This document shows, in pieces, positions 24,301 through 35,991 of a stretch of 64,000 nucleotides of DNA. Source of the DNA: Macrostomum lignano. Lineage: Eukaryota. The translations under genes were made by a program, and so were the position numbers. Within the stretch, counting starts at the first letter, position 1, and every line of letters starts with the position of its first letter. A model generated the notes under the pieces. That model was given only the letters and a program-made list of their open reading frames with translations. It was not told where the DNA came from and did no database searches. Location: NCBI GenBank assembly GCA_002269645.1, contig NIVC01001376.1, positions 124,001 through 188,000 of the forward strand. The letters are read 5' to 3'.

Positions 24301-27083
24301 TTCCTGAAGCTTCAGGATATCAGGTATAGAGGCGATTTCTGAAGGTTCAGAATATCAGGTAGAGGCGATTCCTGAAGCTTCAGGATATCAGGTATAGAGG
24401 CGATTTCTGAAGGTTCAGAATATCAGGTAGAGGCGATTCCTGAAGCTTCAGGATATCAGGTAGGGGCGATTCCTGAAGCTTCAGGATATCAGATATAGAG
24501 GCGATTTCTGAAGCTTCAGGATATCAGATATAGAGGCGATTCCTGAAGCTTCAGTATATCAGGTATAGAGGCGATTCCTGAAGCTTCAGGATATCAGGTA
24601 TAGAGGCGATTCCTGAAGCTTCAGGATATCAGGTATAGAGGCGATTCCTGAGCTTCAGGATATCAGGTATAGAGGCGATTCCTGAAGCTTCAGGATATCA
24701 GGTATAGAGGCGATTCCTGAAGCTTCAGGATATCAGGTATAGAGGCGATTCCTGAAGCTTCAGGATATCAGGTATAGAGGCGATTCCTGAAGCTTCAGGA
24801 TATCAGGTATAGAGGCGATTCCTGAAGCTTCAGGATATCAGGTATAGAGGCGATTTCTGAAGGTTCAGAATATCAGGTAGAGGCGATTCCTGAAGCTTCA
24901 GGATATCAGGTAGGGGCGATTCCTGAAGCTTCAGGATATCAGATATAGAGGCGATTTCTGAAGCTTCAGGATATCAGATATAGAGGCGATTCCTGAAGCT
25001 TCAGTATATCAGGTATAGAGGCGATTCCTGAAGCTTCAGGATATCAGGTATAGAGGCGATTCCTGAAGCTTCAGGATATCAGGTATAGAGGCGATTCCTG
25101 AGCTTCAGGATATCAGGTATAGAGGCGATTCCTGAAGCTTCAGGATATCAGGTATAGAGGCGATTCCTGAAGCTTCAGGATATCAGGTATAGAGGCGATT
25201 CCTGAAGCTTCAGGATATCAGGTATAGAGGCGATTCCTGAAGCTTCAGGATATCAGGTATAGAGGCGATTCCTGAAGCTTCAGGATATCAGGCAGAGGCG
25301 ATTTTTTGCTAACGAAATTTCCTATTGAAAACAAATTTGCCAGTTCTTCAGTCAATCAATCCGTCGTAACCATGGCAACGGATGCAGACGTTTCCACAGT
25401 ATCCGGTCCAGAGGATGACGCCAGGCAGTCTGAATCCGTTCGGCTTCGTACACCGGCTGCCGATTCTCAAGCATCCGCGGGGTCGTCCGCCATCCTCCGG
25501 CATCACTCTGTCCCCGTGATGGACTCGTCCGATCCTCTGCAGCAGCAGCCTGCGGACGAGCTCTACGAAGCTGTTGTGTCTCTGCTCGACGGGGGGTGAG
25601 TGAAAATTCAGCTCAGAAATTTCTATCGAGCACTGAAGTGCCTAGGTTCGATTCCATTGGTGTCAAGTGAAGTGGCACCCCCTCTCAGATGAAATGGCGC
25701 CCCTCTCAAATGAATTGGCGCTCCTCTCAGATGAAATGGCGCCCCTCTCAAATGAAGTGGGGCTCCTCTCAAATGAAGTGGCACCCCCTCTCAAATGAAG
25801 TGGCGCCCCTCTCAAATGAAGTGGCGCCCCTCTCAAATGAAGTGGTGCCCCTTTCAAATGAAGTGGGGCTCCTCTCAAATGAAGTGGGGCTCCTCTCAAA
25901 TAAAGTAGGGCTCCTCTCAAATGAAACAGCGCCCCCTTCAGAAAAAATGGCGCCCTTCTCAAATTAACTGGCGCCCCTCTTAATTGAAATAGCGCCGCCC
26001 CTTAAGTGAAATGGCGCCCCCTTCAGAAAAAGTGGCGCCCCTCTCGAATGAACTAACGCCCCTCAAATGAAGTGGCGCCCTCTCAATAAGGCGCTCCTCT
26101 TAAATGAAGTGGCGCCCTCTCAAAAAAGGCGCTCCTCTTAAATAAAATGGCGCCCTTCTCAAATGAAATGGCGCCCCTCTTAAGTGAAATGGCGTCCGCT
26201 TCATAAAAAATGGCGCCCCTCTCGAATGAAATAGCCCCTGCTTCTCCAATCCCTCTGCACCATCTACTTACGGAAGTAGTATCATAAGCTAATTCCTGTC
26301 TCTGTCTGCATGGCTACGCCAACTCCCAACTGCAGAGACGCCACCACCGCCGTAGAGGCAGCGACCGCAGGCGCCAAGGAATCCGCAGCGGCCGTTCGAT
26401 CCTCCGCCGCCGTCTCCACCGACGATTTCCGTCGCCAACTGGCCGCCAGCATTCTGTCGCCGTCTCCGTTTGTCCGCCTGGCCGAGCCGCACCTGGAGAC
26501 CCCGGCTGGTCGATCCGGTTGCCTAGCAACCCATCTGCGTCGTCGCCTATCCCCGCCCGAAGACTCCTCGGCTCTGGGCAGATTTGTCGTAGCCGAATCT
26601 GAGCGCTACGCCTCGCAGATGTCAGCTCGGATGCGCGACTGTCCGCCGTGCCTGGCTCTGCACTCGTTTCAGTCTCAACCGATCCGGACCGCCTTCCAGT
26701 CCATGGAGTTTCGCGATTCGCTGGCCGACTACCGGCGCTCAGATTTGACTTTGATCAGCTGCGGCAGCAGCAGCAGCGGTAATAATAATAAGGATAACCA
26801 ACAGCAGCAGCAGAAGTCACAGGTGCAGCCGCCCATTGACATGTTTAATTTGCTGCTGCACCAGCGACTCGGCTTCTTGTTGTGCGCCTATGCGCCTGGG
26901 GCGCCGAACTTTCCCAGGCCTTGCCGAGACCCGCAGCTGCGGACGGTGAGCTGGGCTCTGGGAAATGGGACTGTCTGTTTGTCTCTGTCTGTTTGTCTGT
27001 CTGTTTGTCTGTCTCTGTCTGTCTGTCTGTTTGTCTGTCTGTTTGTCTGTCTGTTTGTCTGTTTGTCTGTCTCTGTTTGTCTA

Positions 27084-27126
<43 letters not shown>

Positions 27127-27199
27127 GTCTGTTTGTCTGTCTGTTTGTCTGTCTGTCTGTCTCTGTCTGTCTGTCTGTTTGTCTCTGTCTGTTTGTCTA

Positions 27200-27234
<35 letters not shown>

Positions 27235-30200
27235 GTCTGTCTGTCTGTCTCTGTCTGTCTGTCTGTTTGTCTATCTGTCTGTCTGTCTGTCTGTCTGTCT
27301 CTGTCTGTCTGTCTGTTTGTCTGTCTGCCTGTCTGTCTCTCTGTCTGTCTGTCTGTTTGTCTATCTGTCTGTCTGTCTGTCTATCTGTCTGCCTGTCTGT
27401 CTCTCTGTCTGTCTGTATGTCTGTCTGTCTGTTGTCTGGTCCTATGGTCCTAGTCTGTATATCTGTCTGTTTTCCGCTTGTCAATGTATCTATTTTTATG
27501 GTTAAATGATTGAACGTCACACAATATCCCGCTTAATCAATCAGGTTGACATGTACGGCAGAGGCGACGTGAGATTATTGGACTTTCTGGAAGTTTTCTG
27601 CTTCCAAGCGGATCGAATGTAAGATATCACACCCATTTACGGCACTCCTACCGTCACTCTCTTCTGTTAATCAGTCACTCAGTCACTCCGCTTTGTCAAT
27701 ACAAAACTGTCGCTTTACCTAATGTCACTCCTACTATCACTCTCACTGTCATTCCTACTATCACTTTCACTTTCACTCCACTATTAGTATCACTGTCACT
27801 CCTACAGTCCTACTATCACTCTCACTGTCAATCACACTATCACACTCACTGTCACTCCTTTCACTCTGTCACTCATACTATCACTCACTGTCACACTCCT
27901 ACTATCACTCTCACTGTCACTAATACTATCAAACTCACTGTTACTCCTACTATCACTCTCACTGTCACTAATACTATCAAACTCACTGTCACTTCTACTA
28001 TCACACTCACTGTCACTCATACTATCACTCACTGTCACTCCTACTGTCACTCCGCCTGTCAATCGCCAGATGCAATGAGGTGTCGCACGTGCGCAGCCCG
28101 GACCGTCAGGCCGGTCACCTGCTGTGCCACCTGCCCCTAGCGGAGCACACCCGCCGATTCGTAGCGGAATCTGGCTTCGTCACACTTGTGATTCGGCCTA
28201 GCAAAGCTACTACTGACGGCCTGCCCTCGTTGGATCAGAATACAATCTTTGTTCGGTCTTGGTGCAGACGATGTCGACCGCAACAACATCATCAGCAGCA
28301 GCAGCAGCAGACATCGCAGACTGAACCCCAGCTTACTCCACTCTCAGAAGACGCCAAAGCGTTGAGTTTCGCTCAATTTCTCAGATTGCACTTTAGCGAG
28401 CACCGACTGTCGACTTCCGCTTGTCGGCATTCTATGCACGCCGAGCATGTTCAATATTTTTACAAGGCCGGTCTAGTGGCCTGTTTCGAGTACACTCCTG
28501 TCTGTTTGAGATCGATTGTGATGCCTACTACTGCTATTGTTGTGCCGCTGGACATTACTAGGCAATTGTTGGAGTCTCAGGTGAGTTTCAACCCTTTTGT
28601 AAGTATTTTCTTAATCCTGAAATGTTACATTACATCTAAGAGTGTTCTAACTGGCTGAGTTCTTACGAGTTCATAGCTATATCTTTCACAGATATTTCAT
28701 TATCTCATCTATTCTCACCCCATTCTAAGCTTCTCTTAATCTGAATCAATTATCACCCTATTCTCAGCCTCTCGTCATCCATTCTCAGCCCATTCCCAGC
28801 CTCTCGTCATCTATTCTCAGCCCATTCCCAGCCTCTCGTCATCTATTCTCAGCCCATTCCCAGCCTCTCGTCATCTATTCTCAGCCCATTCCCAGCCTCT
28901 CGTCATCTATTCTCAGCCCATTCCCAGCCTCTCGTCATCTATTCTCAGCCCATTCCCAGCCTCTCGTCATCTATTCGCACCCCATTCCCAGCCTCTCGTC
29001 ATCTATTCGCAGCCCATTCTAAGCTTCTCTTAATCAATTATCACCATTCTCAGCCTCTCGTCATCTATTCTCAGCCCATTCTCAGCCTCTCGTCATCTAT
29101 TCGCACCCCATTCTCAACCTCTCGTCATCTATTCTCAGCCCATTCCCAGCCTCTCGTCATCTATTCGCACCCCATTCTCAACCTCTCGTCATCTATTCTC
29201 AGCCCATTCCCAGCCTCGTCATCTATTCTCAGCCCATTCCCAGCCTCTCGTCATCTATTCGCACCCCATTCTCAACCTCTCTTTATCTGTTTTCATCCTT
29301 TTCTCAACCTTTTCTCGTCTATTCTCATCTTTTCTTACCCCAATTTGCCGCTCATCATCTATTCTCACCCTATTCTCAGCCTCTCCTCTCATCTATTCTC
29401 ACCCTATTCTCAGCCTCTCCTCTCATCTATTCTCACCCTATTCTCAGCCTCTCGTTTATCACCCTCTCGCCATCTCTTCTCACCCTCTCGCAATCCATTT
29501 TCTCCATCTAATCTAATCTAGCACATCCATTTTTATTCACTTAGCATCTAAAAAGTCAGTCAAAAGATATCCGTATTCAAGCCAATCTCATCTCATCCAT
29601 CTCAGGTGAGCCGCCTCACCACAAGCGGCTACCGCCTGCTAGCGGACATCCAATCAATCTACGTGAAACACGCCTATGCTCAGAAGGACACAGTTAGCCG
29701 CCTGAACTCCATTCACTCCGGCTGCAACGCCGAGCTCAGAGCATTCTTCGATGTTGACAGGCTGACTGCCGGACCAGAAGCTGCTGCGGTGGCCTTTTCT
29801 CGCAAAGCTGTGCTGTTCAAACAGTGGCTGACAGCCCTGATCGATCGGTGGCAAGGCCTGCTGCAGGAGGCTCTCATGGTTGAGTCCTCTGCAACTGTGC
29901 CTGCTCAGCCAGCTGCTCAGGCTCCGGCTGCTGCACCTTCTGCATCTGCTGGGACAGCATCAACAGCCGCTTCGGGGACTGCGGCGCCAGTTCCTGCTGC
30001 TGCACCCGAGTCTGGCGTGACGCCGCCAGCGCAGTCTGCTGGCGCTGAATCACTGGAACAACAGCAGCAACAACAGCAGCCGCAGATGCAGCGCAAATCA
30101 AGTAGAAGTGTTCTGGCTAAACGGCCGGCTTCTTCACATGTCCCTGCTGTTCAGGTTAGCTGGCTGTTTGTTTGTCTGTTAGGGATTTGGGAGTTTTTCC

Positions 30201-33200
30201 AGCTTATCTGAAGGACTTTCGAGGAAAATTATGGCCCAGCGACTGAGGATCTGGGAGGCTGGCCCAGCGACTGAGGATCTGGGAGGCTGACCCAGCGACT
30301 GAGGATCTGGGAGGCTGGCCCAGCGACTGAGGATCTGGGAGGCTGGCCCAGCGACTGAGGATCTGGGAGGCTGGTGGCCCAGTAACTGGGGATCTGGGAG
30401 GCTGGTGGCCCAGTAACTGGGGATCTGGGAGGCTGATGGCCCAGCAACTGGGGATCTGGGAGGCTGGTGGCCCAGCAACTGGGGATCTGGGAGGCTGGTG
30501 GCCCAGTAACTGTGGATCTGGGAGGCTGATGGCCCAGTAACTGTGGATCTGGGAGGCTGATGGCCCAGCAACTGGGGATCTGGGAGGCTGGCCCAGCGAC
30601 TGAGGGTCTGGGAGGCTGGCCCAGCAACTAGGGATCTGGGAGGCTGGTGGCCCAGCAACTGGGGATCTGGGAGGCTGGTGGCCCAGCAACTGGGGATCTG
30701 GGAGGCTGGTGGCCCAGCAACTGGGGATCTGGGAGGCTGGTGGCCCAGCAACTGGGGATCTGGGAGGCTGGTGGCCCAGCAACTAGGGATCTGGGAGGCT
30801 GTCCCATTGGTTGAAGATCTGGAAGGCTGGCGGTTGCCTAGCAACCGAGGATTAGGTACACCTGCTAAGATGAATCTACAAAGACCCCATCTCCGCGCAG
30901 GTGTCTATACCCCGGCCAGACATTCTGCCCAACACGGAGACCTACTTTGTGCCTCCCATGGTCAGTCAGCCAGTCTGCGTGTACGCCAATGACCCCAGTT
31001 CAATCATTGCATTCGCCCTGAGCTCGCTTAAGCATCAGGACTTTGTGCAGCACTCCTGCCTTAATCTGTCTGGTGAGGTGCCTTCTGCTGCTGCTGGTGC
31101 GTCGGCGGCCAGTCACAGCGGCACCGGATCGGCACCTGATGTGCCCACTGACCACGTGAGTATGAGAGTAGACTATAGAAGATATTCTAAATAGATGAAG
31201 ATTTCTATAGACAATTGTATGTGTGAGACTAGATGATTAAAGTGAGATTTTACGCTCGTAGGTGTGAGACTAGATGATTAGAGTGAGATTTTAGGTGTGA
31301 GACTAAATGATTAGAGTGAGATTTTAGGTGTGAGACTAGATGATTAAACTGAGATTTTAGGTGTGAAACTAGATGATTAAACTGAGATTTTAGGTGTGAG
31401 ACTAGATGATTAAAGTGAGATTTTAGGTGTGAGACTAGATGATTAGGGTGAGATTGTAGGTGTGAGACTAGATGATTAGGGTGAGATTGTAGGTGTGAGA
31501 CTAGATGATTAGAGTGAGATTGTAGGTGTGAGACTAGATGATTAAAGTGAGATTGTAGGTGTGAGACTAGATGATTAGAGTGAGATTGTAGGTGTGAGAC
31601 TAGATGATTAGAGTGAGATTGTACGTGCGAGACCAGATGATTAAAGCGAGATTGTAGGTGTGAGACTAGATGATTAGGGTGAGATTCTGTGCGTGAGACT
31701 AGATGATAGATATATTGTGAGAATAAATATTAGAATAAATAAGAACGAGTTCATCAATGCTGACTGCCAACGCCCCCATCGCAGGTAAAGTACAACCCAG
31801 CCCAGCGCGCCATCAAGATCGGCAATCACGCGGCCTCAGTGCTGGATGGCAACTCAATTGAGCAGTCGCTGACCTCCCGCCCCAGTTCCGCCAGCTTAGC
31901 CGGCGGTCACAAAAAGGACTTTGTAGAAATCGAATTTATTGGCGGCGATTTGAAAATCTTCTGTCGAGTTTATCACGCCTGCAAGTTTCACGCCCTCAGG
32001 CGTGACATCCTGCCGCAGGGCGAGGCGGCGTTTCTTCACTCCATCAGCCGGTCCGCAGTCTGGGCCACCACTGGAGGCAAGTCTCGGGCCAGTTTCTATA
32101 AAACTGCCGACGATCGATTTGTATTAAAACGCGTGTCCGAGTTCGAATCCGATTCTCTAGACGTGATGGCGCCGCACTATTGTCAGTACGTTCACAAGCG
32201 GGCTCGGTCTGGCCTGCCCTGCTGTCTGGCTAAGATTGTTGGCATGTTCTTTTTGGCTTATAGCAACCCCAAGTGCATCGGATTGCAGCTGAAAGGCACC
32301 TACGTGCTGATGGAAAATCTGCTCTATAACTGTCGGATTGATCGGGTTTTCGACTTAAAAGGCTCGGAGAGGAATCGGTGAGAATATCATTATCAGCATC
32401 CCAATTTGGGGATATTTCTGTGCATTATCAGCATCCCAATTGGGGATATTTTTGTGCATTACCAGCATCCCAATTTGGGGATATTTCTGTGCATTACCAG
32501 CATCCCAATTTGGGGATATTTCTGTGCATTACCAGCATCCCAATTTGGGGATATTTCTGTGTATTATCAGTCTCCCAATTTGGGGATATTTCTGTGCATT
32601 ATCAGCATCCCAATTTGGGGATATTTCTGTACATTATAAGCATTCTAATTTTGGGATATTTCTGTGCATTATCAGCATCCCAATTTGGGGATATTTCTGT
32701 ACAATATAAGCATCCCAATTTGGGGATATTTCTGTGCATTATCAGCATTCTAATTTGGGGATTTTTCTGTACAATATAAGCATCCCAATTTGGGGATATT
32801 GCTGTGCATTATCAGCATCCCAATTTGGGGATATTTCTGTGCATTATCGGCATCCCAATTTGGGGATATTTCTGTGCATTATCGACATCCCAAATTGGGG
32901 ATATTTAGGGATCCTCCATCAATCAGCAGCTTCCCCATTCTAGGGGCTATTACTGTCAGGGGATACTACTGAACATCCCTAACTGAAATCCCCCAACGCA
33001 CTCGGCAGGCACCTCACCGACGATGGCCAGACGGTGCTGCTGGACCAAAACTTTGCCGACGTGTCCCTGGAGGAGCCGCTGTTTGTCCGGCGTCCCGAAT
33101 GGCTGGTGCTGCAGCGGGCCCTGCTGTGCGACACCAACTTTCTGCGACAGCACAACATCATGGATTACTCGCTAATCCTTGGCCTAGCCGATGATCAAGT

Positions 33201-33414
33201 GATCTGCGGCATTGTGGACTACATTCGCGACTTTACCATTGATAAAATGGTGGAATACCTGTGGAAGAAAATTCAAAGCGAGCAGTTGCCAACTGTGATT
33301 AATCCTCAGCTGTATCAGGAGCGATTTCTAGCCGCAATGGGTGTCAACTTTATACCCGTGCCGGGTCATTGGGACACTTTTAACCTGTACGAGTGCAATT
33401 ATGATGATGAATGA
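19116..33414 (+). CDS. PIKFYVE: 1-phosphatidylinositol 3-phosphate 5-kinase (PIKfyve/Fab1), ~1887 aa
   Basis: 13 exons: 19116-19898, 20670-21058, 21600-22005, 22265-22549, 23109-23659, 25344-25595, 26336-26945, 27545-27618, 28070-28580, 29606-30154, 30901-31155, 31785-32377, 33009-33414 (5664 nt, phases consistent). Domain order FYVE ([23 protein letters not shown]), DEP, CCT/TCP1-like, cysteine-rich region, PIP kinase ([33 protein letters not shown]). Start ATG is a best guess. Confidence 0.95.
19970..20630. repeat. 27-bp minisatellite, PIKfyve intron 1
   Basis: Unit AAGAATCACCCTTCACCAACCTCAGTA, ~22 copies. Confidence 0.97.
21217..21485. repeat. (TCTG)n microsatellite, PIKfyve intron 2
   Basis: Direct reading. 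Confidence 0.97.
22034..22195. repeat. 31-bp minisatellite, PIKfyve intron 3 (reverse complement of intron 10 array)
   Basis: Unit CAGCCTCCCAGATCCTCAGTTGCTGGCCAC-like, ~5 copies. Confidence 0.92.
22735..23000. repeat. 39-bp minisatellite, PIKfyve intron 4
   Basis: Unit CTACCAAGATAGGACCTCTGTAAGCTTTCTAAGAAATAT, ~7 copies. Confidence 0.93.
23703..25300. repeat. Composite 33-bp then 33-35-bp minisatellite, PIKfyve intron 5
   Basis: First GAATGTTCAGGATATCAGGTAGTGGCTTTACCT units, grading at ~24180 into TCCTGAAGCTTCAGGATATCAGGTATAGAGGCGAT units. Confidence 0.97.
25665..26235. repeat. 21-22-bp minisatellite, PIKfyve intron 6
   Basis: Unit CTCAAATGAAGTGGCGCCCCT-like. Confidence 0.93.
26970..27430. 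repeat. (TCTG)n microsatellite, PIKfyve intron 7
   Basis: Direct reading, with TTTG/TCTA/TCTC variants. Confidence 0.97.
27650..28055. repeat. Degenerate TCACTC/CTACTATCACT repeat, PIKfyve intron 8
   Basis: Repeated CACTGTCACTCCTACTATCACTCT-like units. Confidence 0.88.
28760..29480. repeat. 32-bp pyrimidine-rich minisatellite, PIKfyve intron 9
   Basis: Unit CCCATTCCCAGCCTCTCGTCATCTATTCTCAG. Confidence 0.95.
30232..30800. repeat. 28/31-bp minisatellite, PIKfyve intron 10
   Basis: Units GGCTGGCCCAGCGACTGAGGATCTGGGA and GGCTGGTGGCCCAGCAACTGGGGATCTGGGA, ~19 copies. Confidence 0.96.
31222..31710. repeat. 33-bp minisatellite, PIKfyve intron 11
   Basis: Unit GTGTGAGACTAGATGATTAGAGTGAGATTGTAG, ~14 copies. 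Confidence 0.96.
32385..32910. repeat. 35-bp minisatellite, PIKfyve intron 12
   Basis: Unit TTGGGGATATTTCTGTGCATTATCAGCATCCCAAT, ~15 copies. Confidence 0.96.
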
Positions 33415-33744
33415 CCCGTGAAGCTGTGCGCTGTACTCTTGTGGAATTGAAATCTCAATCGGAAACGGTAACCCATGAAGTCGTGTGAGTCAATTCGAGG
33501 CGTGTTTGTGTATATATTTAGTAGTATGCGCTGTACTACGATTTGTGTAAGCAAATTCTAAATCTGTACTATTCAAGTTTGATTGTCTAAGAATATTTTA
33601 TTGTTAATCATTTTTATCAGAGTTATTTTTAGCTGTCCTGATTTTTATTTCTATACGTATTCAAGTTTGTTAGTGCTTTCTACTCAGATTTGGAGATTAT
33701 GTCGGAACTAATGATTATTTATGATTTATGACCCAAACTCTTGT

Positions 33745-34720
33745 CACTGAGATTCTTGTGACTTTTCACACCGATCCCAACTTGACTTGTCACTCAGATC
33801 TTCACTTGGCTTGTCACTCAAATCTTCACGTGACTTGTCACTCAGATCTTCACGTGACTTGTCACTCAGATCTTTACGTGACTTGTCACTCAGATCTTCA
33901 CGTGACTTGTCACTCAGATCTTCACTTGGCTTGTCACTCAGATCTTCACTTGGCTTGTCACTCAGATCTTCACTTGGCTTGTCACTCAGATTCTTGTGAC
34001 TTTTCACACCGATCCCCACTTGACTTGTCACTCAGATCTTCACGTGACTTGTCACTCAGATCTTCACGTGACTTGTCACTCAGATTTTCACGTGACTTGT
34101 CACTCAGATCTTCACGCGACTTGTCACTCAGATCTTCACGTGGCTTGTCACTCAGATCTTCACTTGGCTTGTCACTCAGATCTTCACTTGGCTTGTCACT
34201 CAGATCTTCACTTGGCTTGTCACTCAGATCTTCACTTGGCTTGTCACTCAGATTCTTGTGACTTTTCACACCGATCCCCACTTGACTTGTCACTCAGATC
34301 TTCACGTGACTTGTCACTCAGATCTTCACGTGGCTTGTCACTCAGATCTTCACTTGGCTTGTCACTCAGATCTTCACTTGGCTTGTCACTCAGATCTTCA
34401 CGTGACTTGTTACTCAGATTCTTGTGACTTTTCACACCGATCCCCACTTGACTTGTCATTCAGATCTTCACGTGACTTGTCACTCAGATCTTCACGTGAC
34501 TTGTCATTCAGATCTTCACGTGACTTGTCACTCAGATCTTCACGTGACTTGTCACTCAGATCTTCACGTGACTTGTCATTCAGATCTTCACGTGACTTGT
34601 CACTCAGATCTTCACGTGACTTGTCACTCAGATCTTCACGTGACTTGTCACTCAGATCTTCACGTGACTTGTCATTCAGATCTTCACGTGACTTGTCACT
34701 CAGATCCTCACGTGACTTAT
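33745..34720. repeat. 24-bp minisatellite with higher-order blocks, between PIKfyve and Nup35
   Basis: Unit GATCTTCACGTGACTTGTCACTCA / GATCTTCACTTGGCTTGTCACTCA punctuated by GATTCTTGTGACTTTTCACACCGATCCCCACTT spacers at ~33750, 33990, 34250, 34420. Confidence 0.96.
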
Positions 34721-35299
34721 CTAATTAATTCTAATCATATCTAATCAACAGTAACGACGGTTCCGGCATAATCTGCACCTATACTAAATATGCATAAATA
34801 ATATCGTTAAAGCTTCCATGCGTTAAAAAAATTAATTAAATTTCGCAAAAAAACTCACAAGCACCAACCAGTCAGTGTTGTGTTTCCATTGAATTTATTT
34901 ATGTTTTCATATTTTCGCTTTCATATAAAAATTCAAAAAATCAAAGTTGCTATTTTGATTGATTGGCAATTGGTCATCATTTTATTAACTGAAGTTGATT
35001 AGGTCCAGTGCTTGGTATGGATTTAGAATTTTTTGTCCAAGTGGTGTTGATCGATAATTTATTCCATTCACTGGTATTTGTTTTTTCGCTTGTGGCATAC
35101 TCATTTCCAATCATTTGCCGCTGACACCTTGTTTAAGCCACTGCTTACTTGAAAATTGCTTTGTAATTAGAATCTGTCGGATTTTTATAATTTATTAAAT
35201 TATACTTTTTCAGTACACATGATTCGTTTAACATAAACTGATTTATTTTTTTATTTTTGCAACAGTAAAGGTTTCAGTTAAAGGTTTAGGATTGCGTTT

Positions 35300-35970
35300 C
35301 CCACCATAGGGATATTTTCAGATTGCTAATCCCATCATGGGGATATTATCAGATTGCTATTCCCATCATGGGGATATTATCAGATTGCTAATCCCATCAT
35401 GGGGATATTATCAGATTGCTAATCCCATCATAGGGATATTATCAGATTGCTAATCCCATCATAGGGATATTATCAGATTGCTAATCCCACCATAGGGATA
35501 TTATCAGATTGCTAATCCCACCATAGGGATATTATCAGATTGCTAATCCCACCATGGGGATATTATCAGATTGTTAATCCCATCATAGGGATATTATCAG
35601 ATTGCTAATCCCACCATAGGGATATTATCAGATTGCTAATCCCACCATAGGGATATTATCAGATTGCTAATACATCATGGGGATGTTATCAGATTGCTAA
35701 TCCCATCATGGGGATGTTAACAGATTGCTAATCCCATCATAGGGATATTTTCAGATTGCTAATCCCATCATGGGGATATTATCAGATTGCTAATCCCAAC
35801 ATGGGGATGTTAACAGATTGCTAATCCCATCATAGGGATATTTTCAGATTGCTAATCCCATCATGGGGATATTATCAGATTGCTAATCCCAACATGGGGA
35901 TATTATCAGATTGCTAATCCCAACATGGGGATATTATCAGATTGCTAATCCCAACATGGGGATATTATCA
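35300..35970. repeat. 31-bp minisatellite immediately upstream of Nup35 coding exon
   Basis: Unit GGGGATATTATCAGATTGCTAATCCCATCAT, ~21 copies. Confidence 0.96.
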
Positions 35971-35991
35971 AACAAGCTCCCCATCTCCCCC

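Noticed and set aside
25366-25379. X-box-like GTAACCATGGCAAC in PIKfyve exon 6, and GTTGCCAATGGCAAC in both RNF14 first exons
   Set aside because: Deep inside coding exons, imperfect or non-canonical spacing, and explained by codon content.
25608-25665. GGTTCGATTCC B-box with upstream AGCTCAG, tRNA-like
   Set aside because: No convincing acceptor or anticodon stems; at most a decayed SINE head.
35911-35991. ORF-track N-terminal extension of Nup35 (and TTG/GTG starts for other genes)
   Set aside because: The extension is minisatellite sequence; alternative starts come from a prokaryote-style ORF caller and fall in introns or mid-exon.
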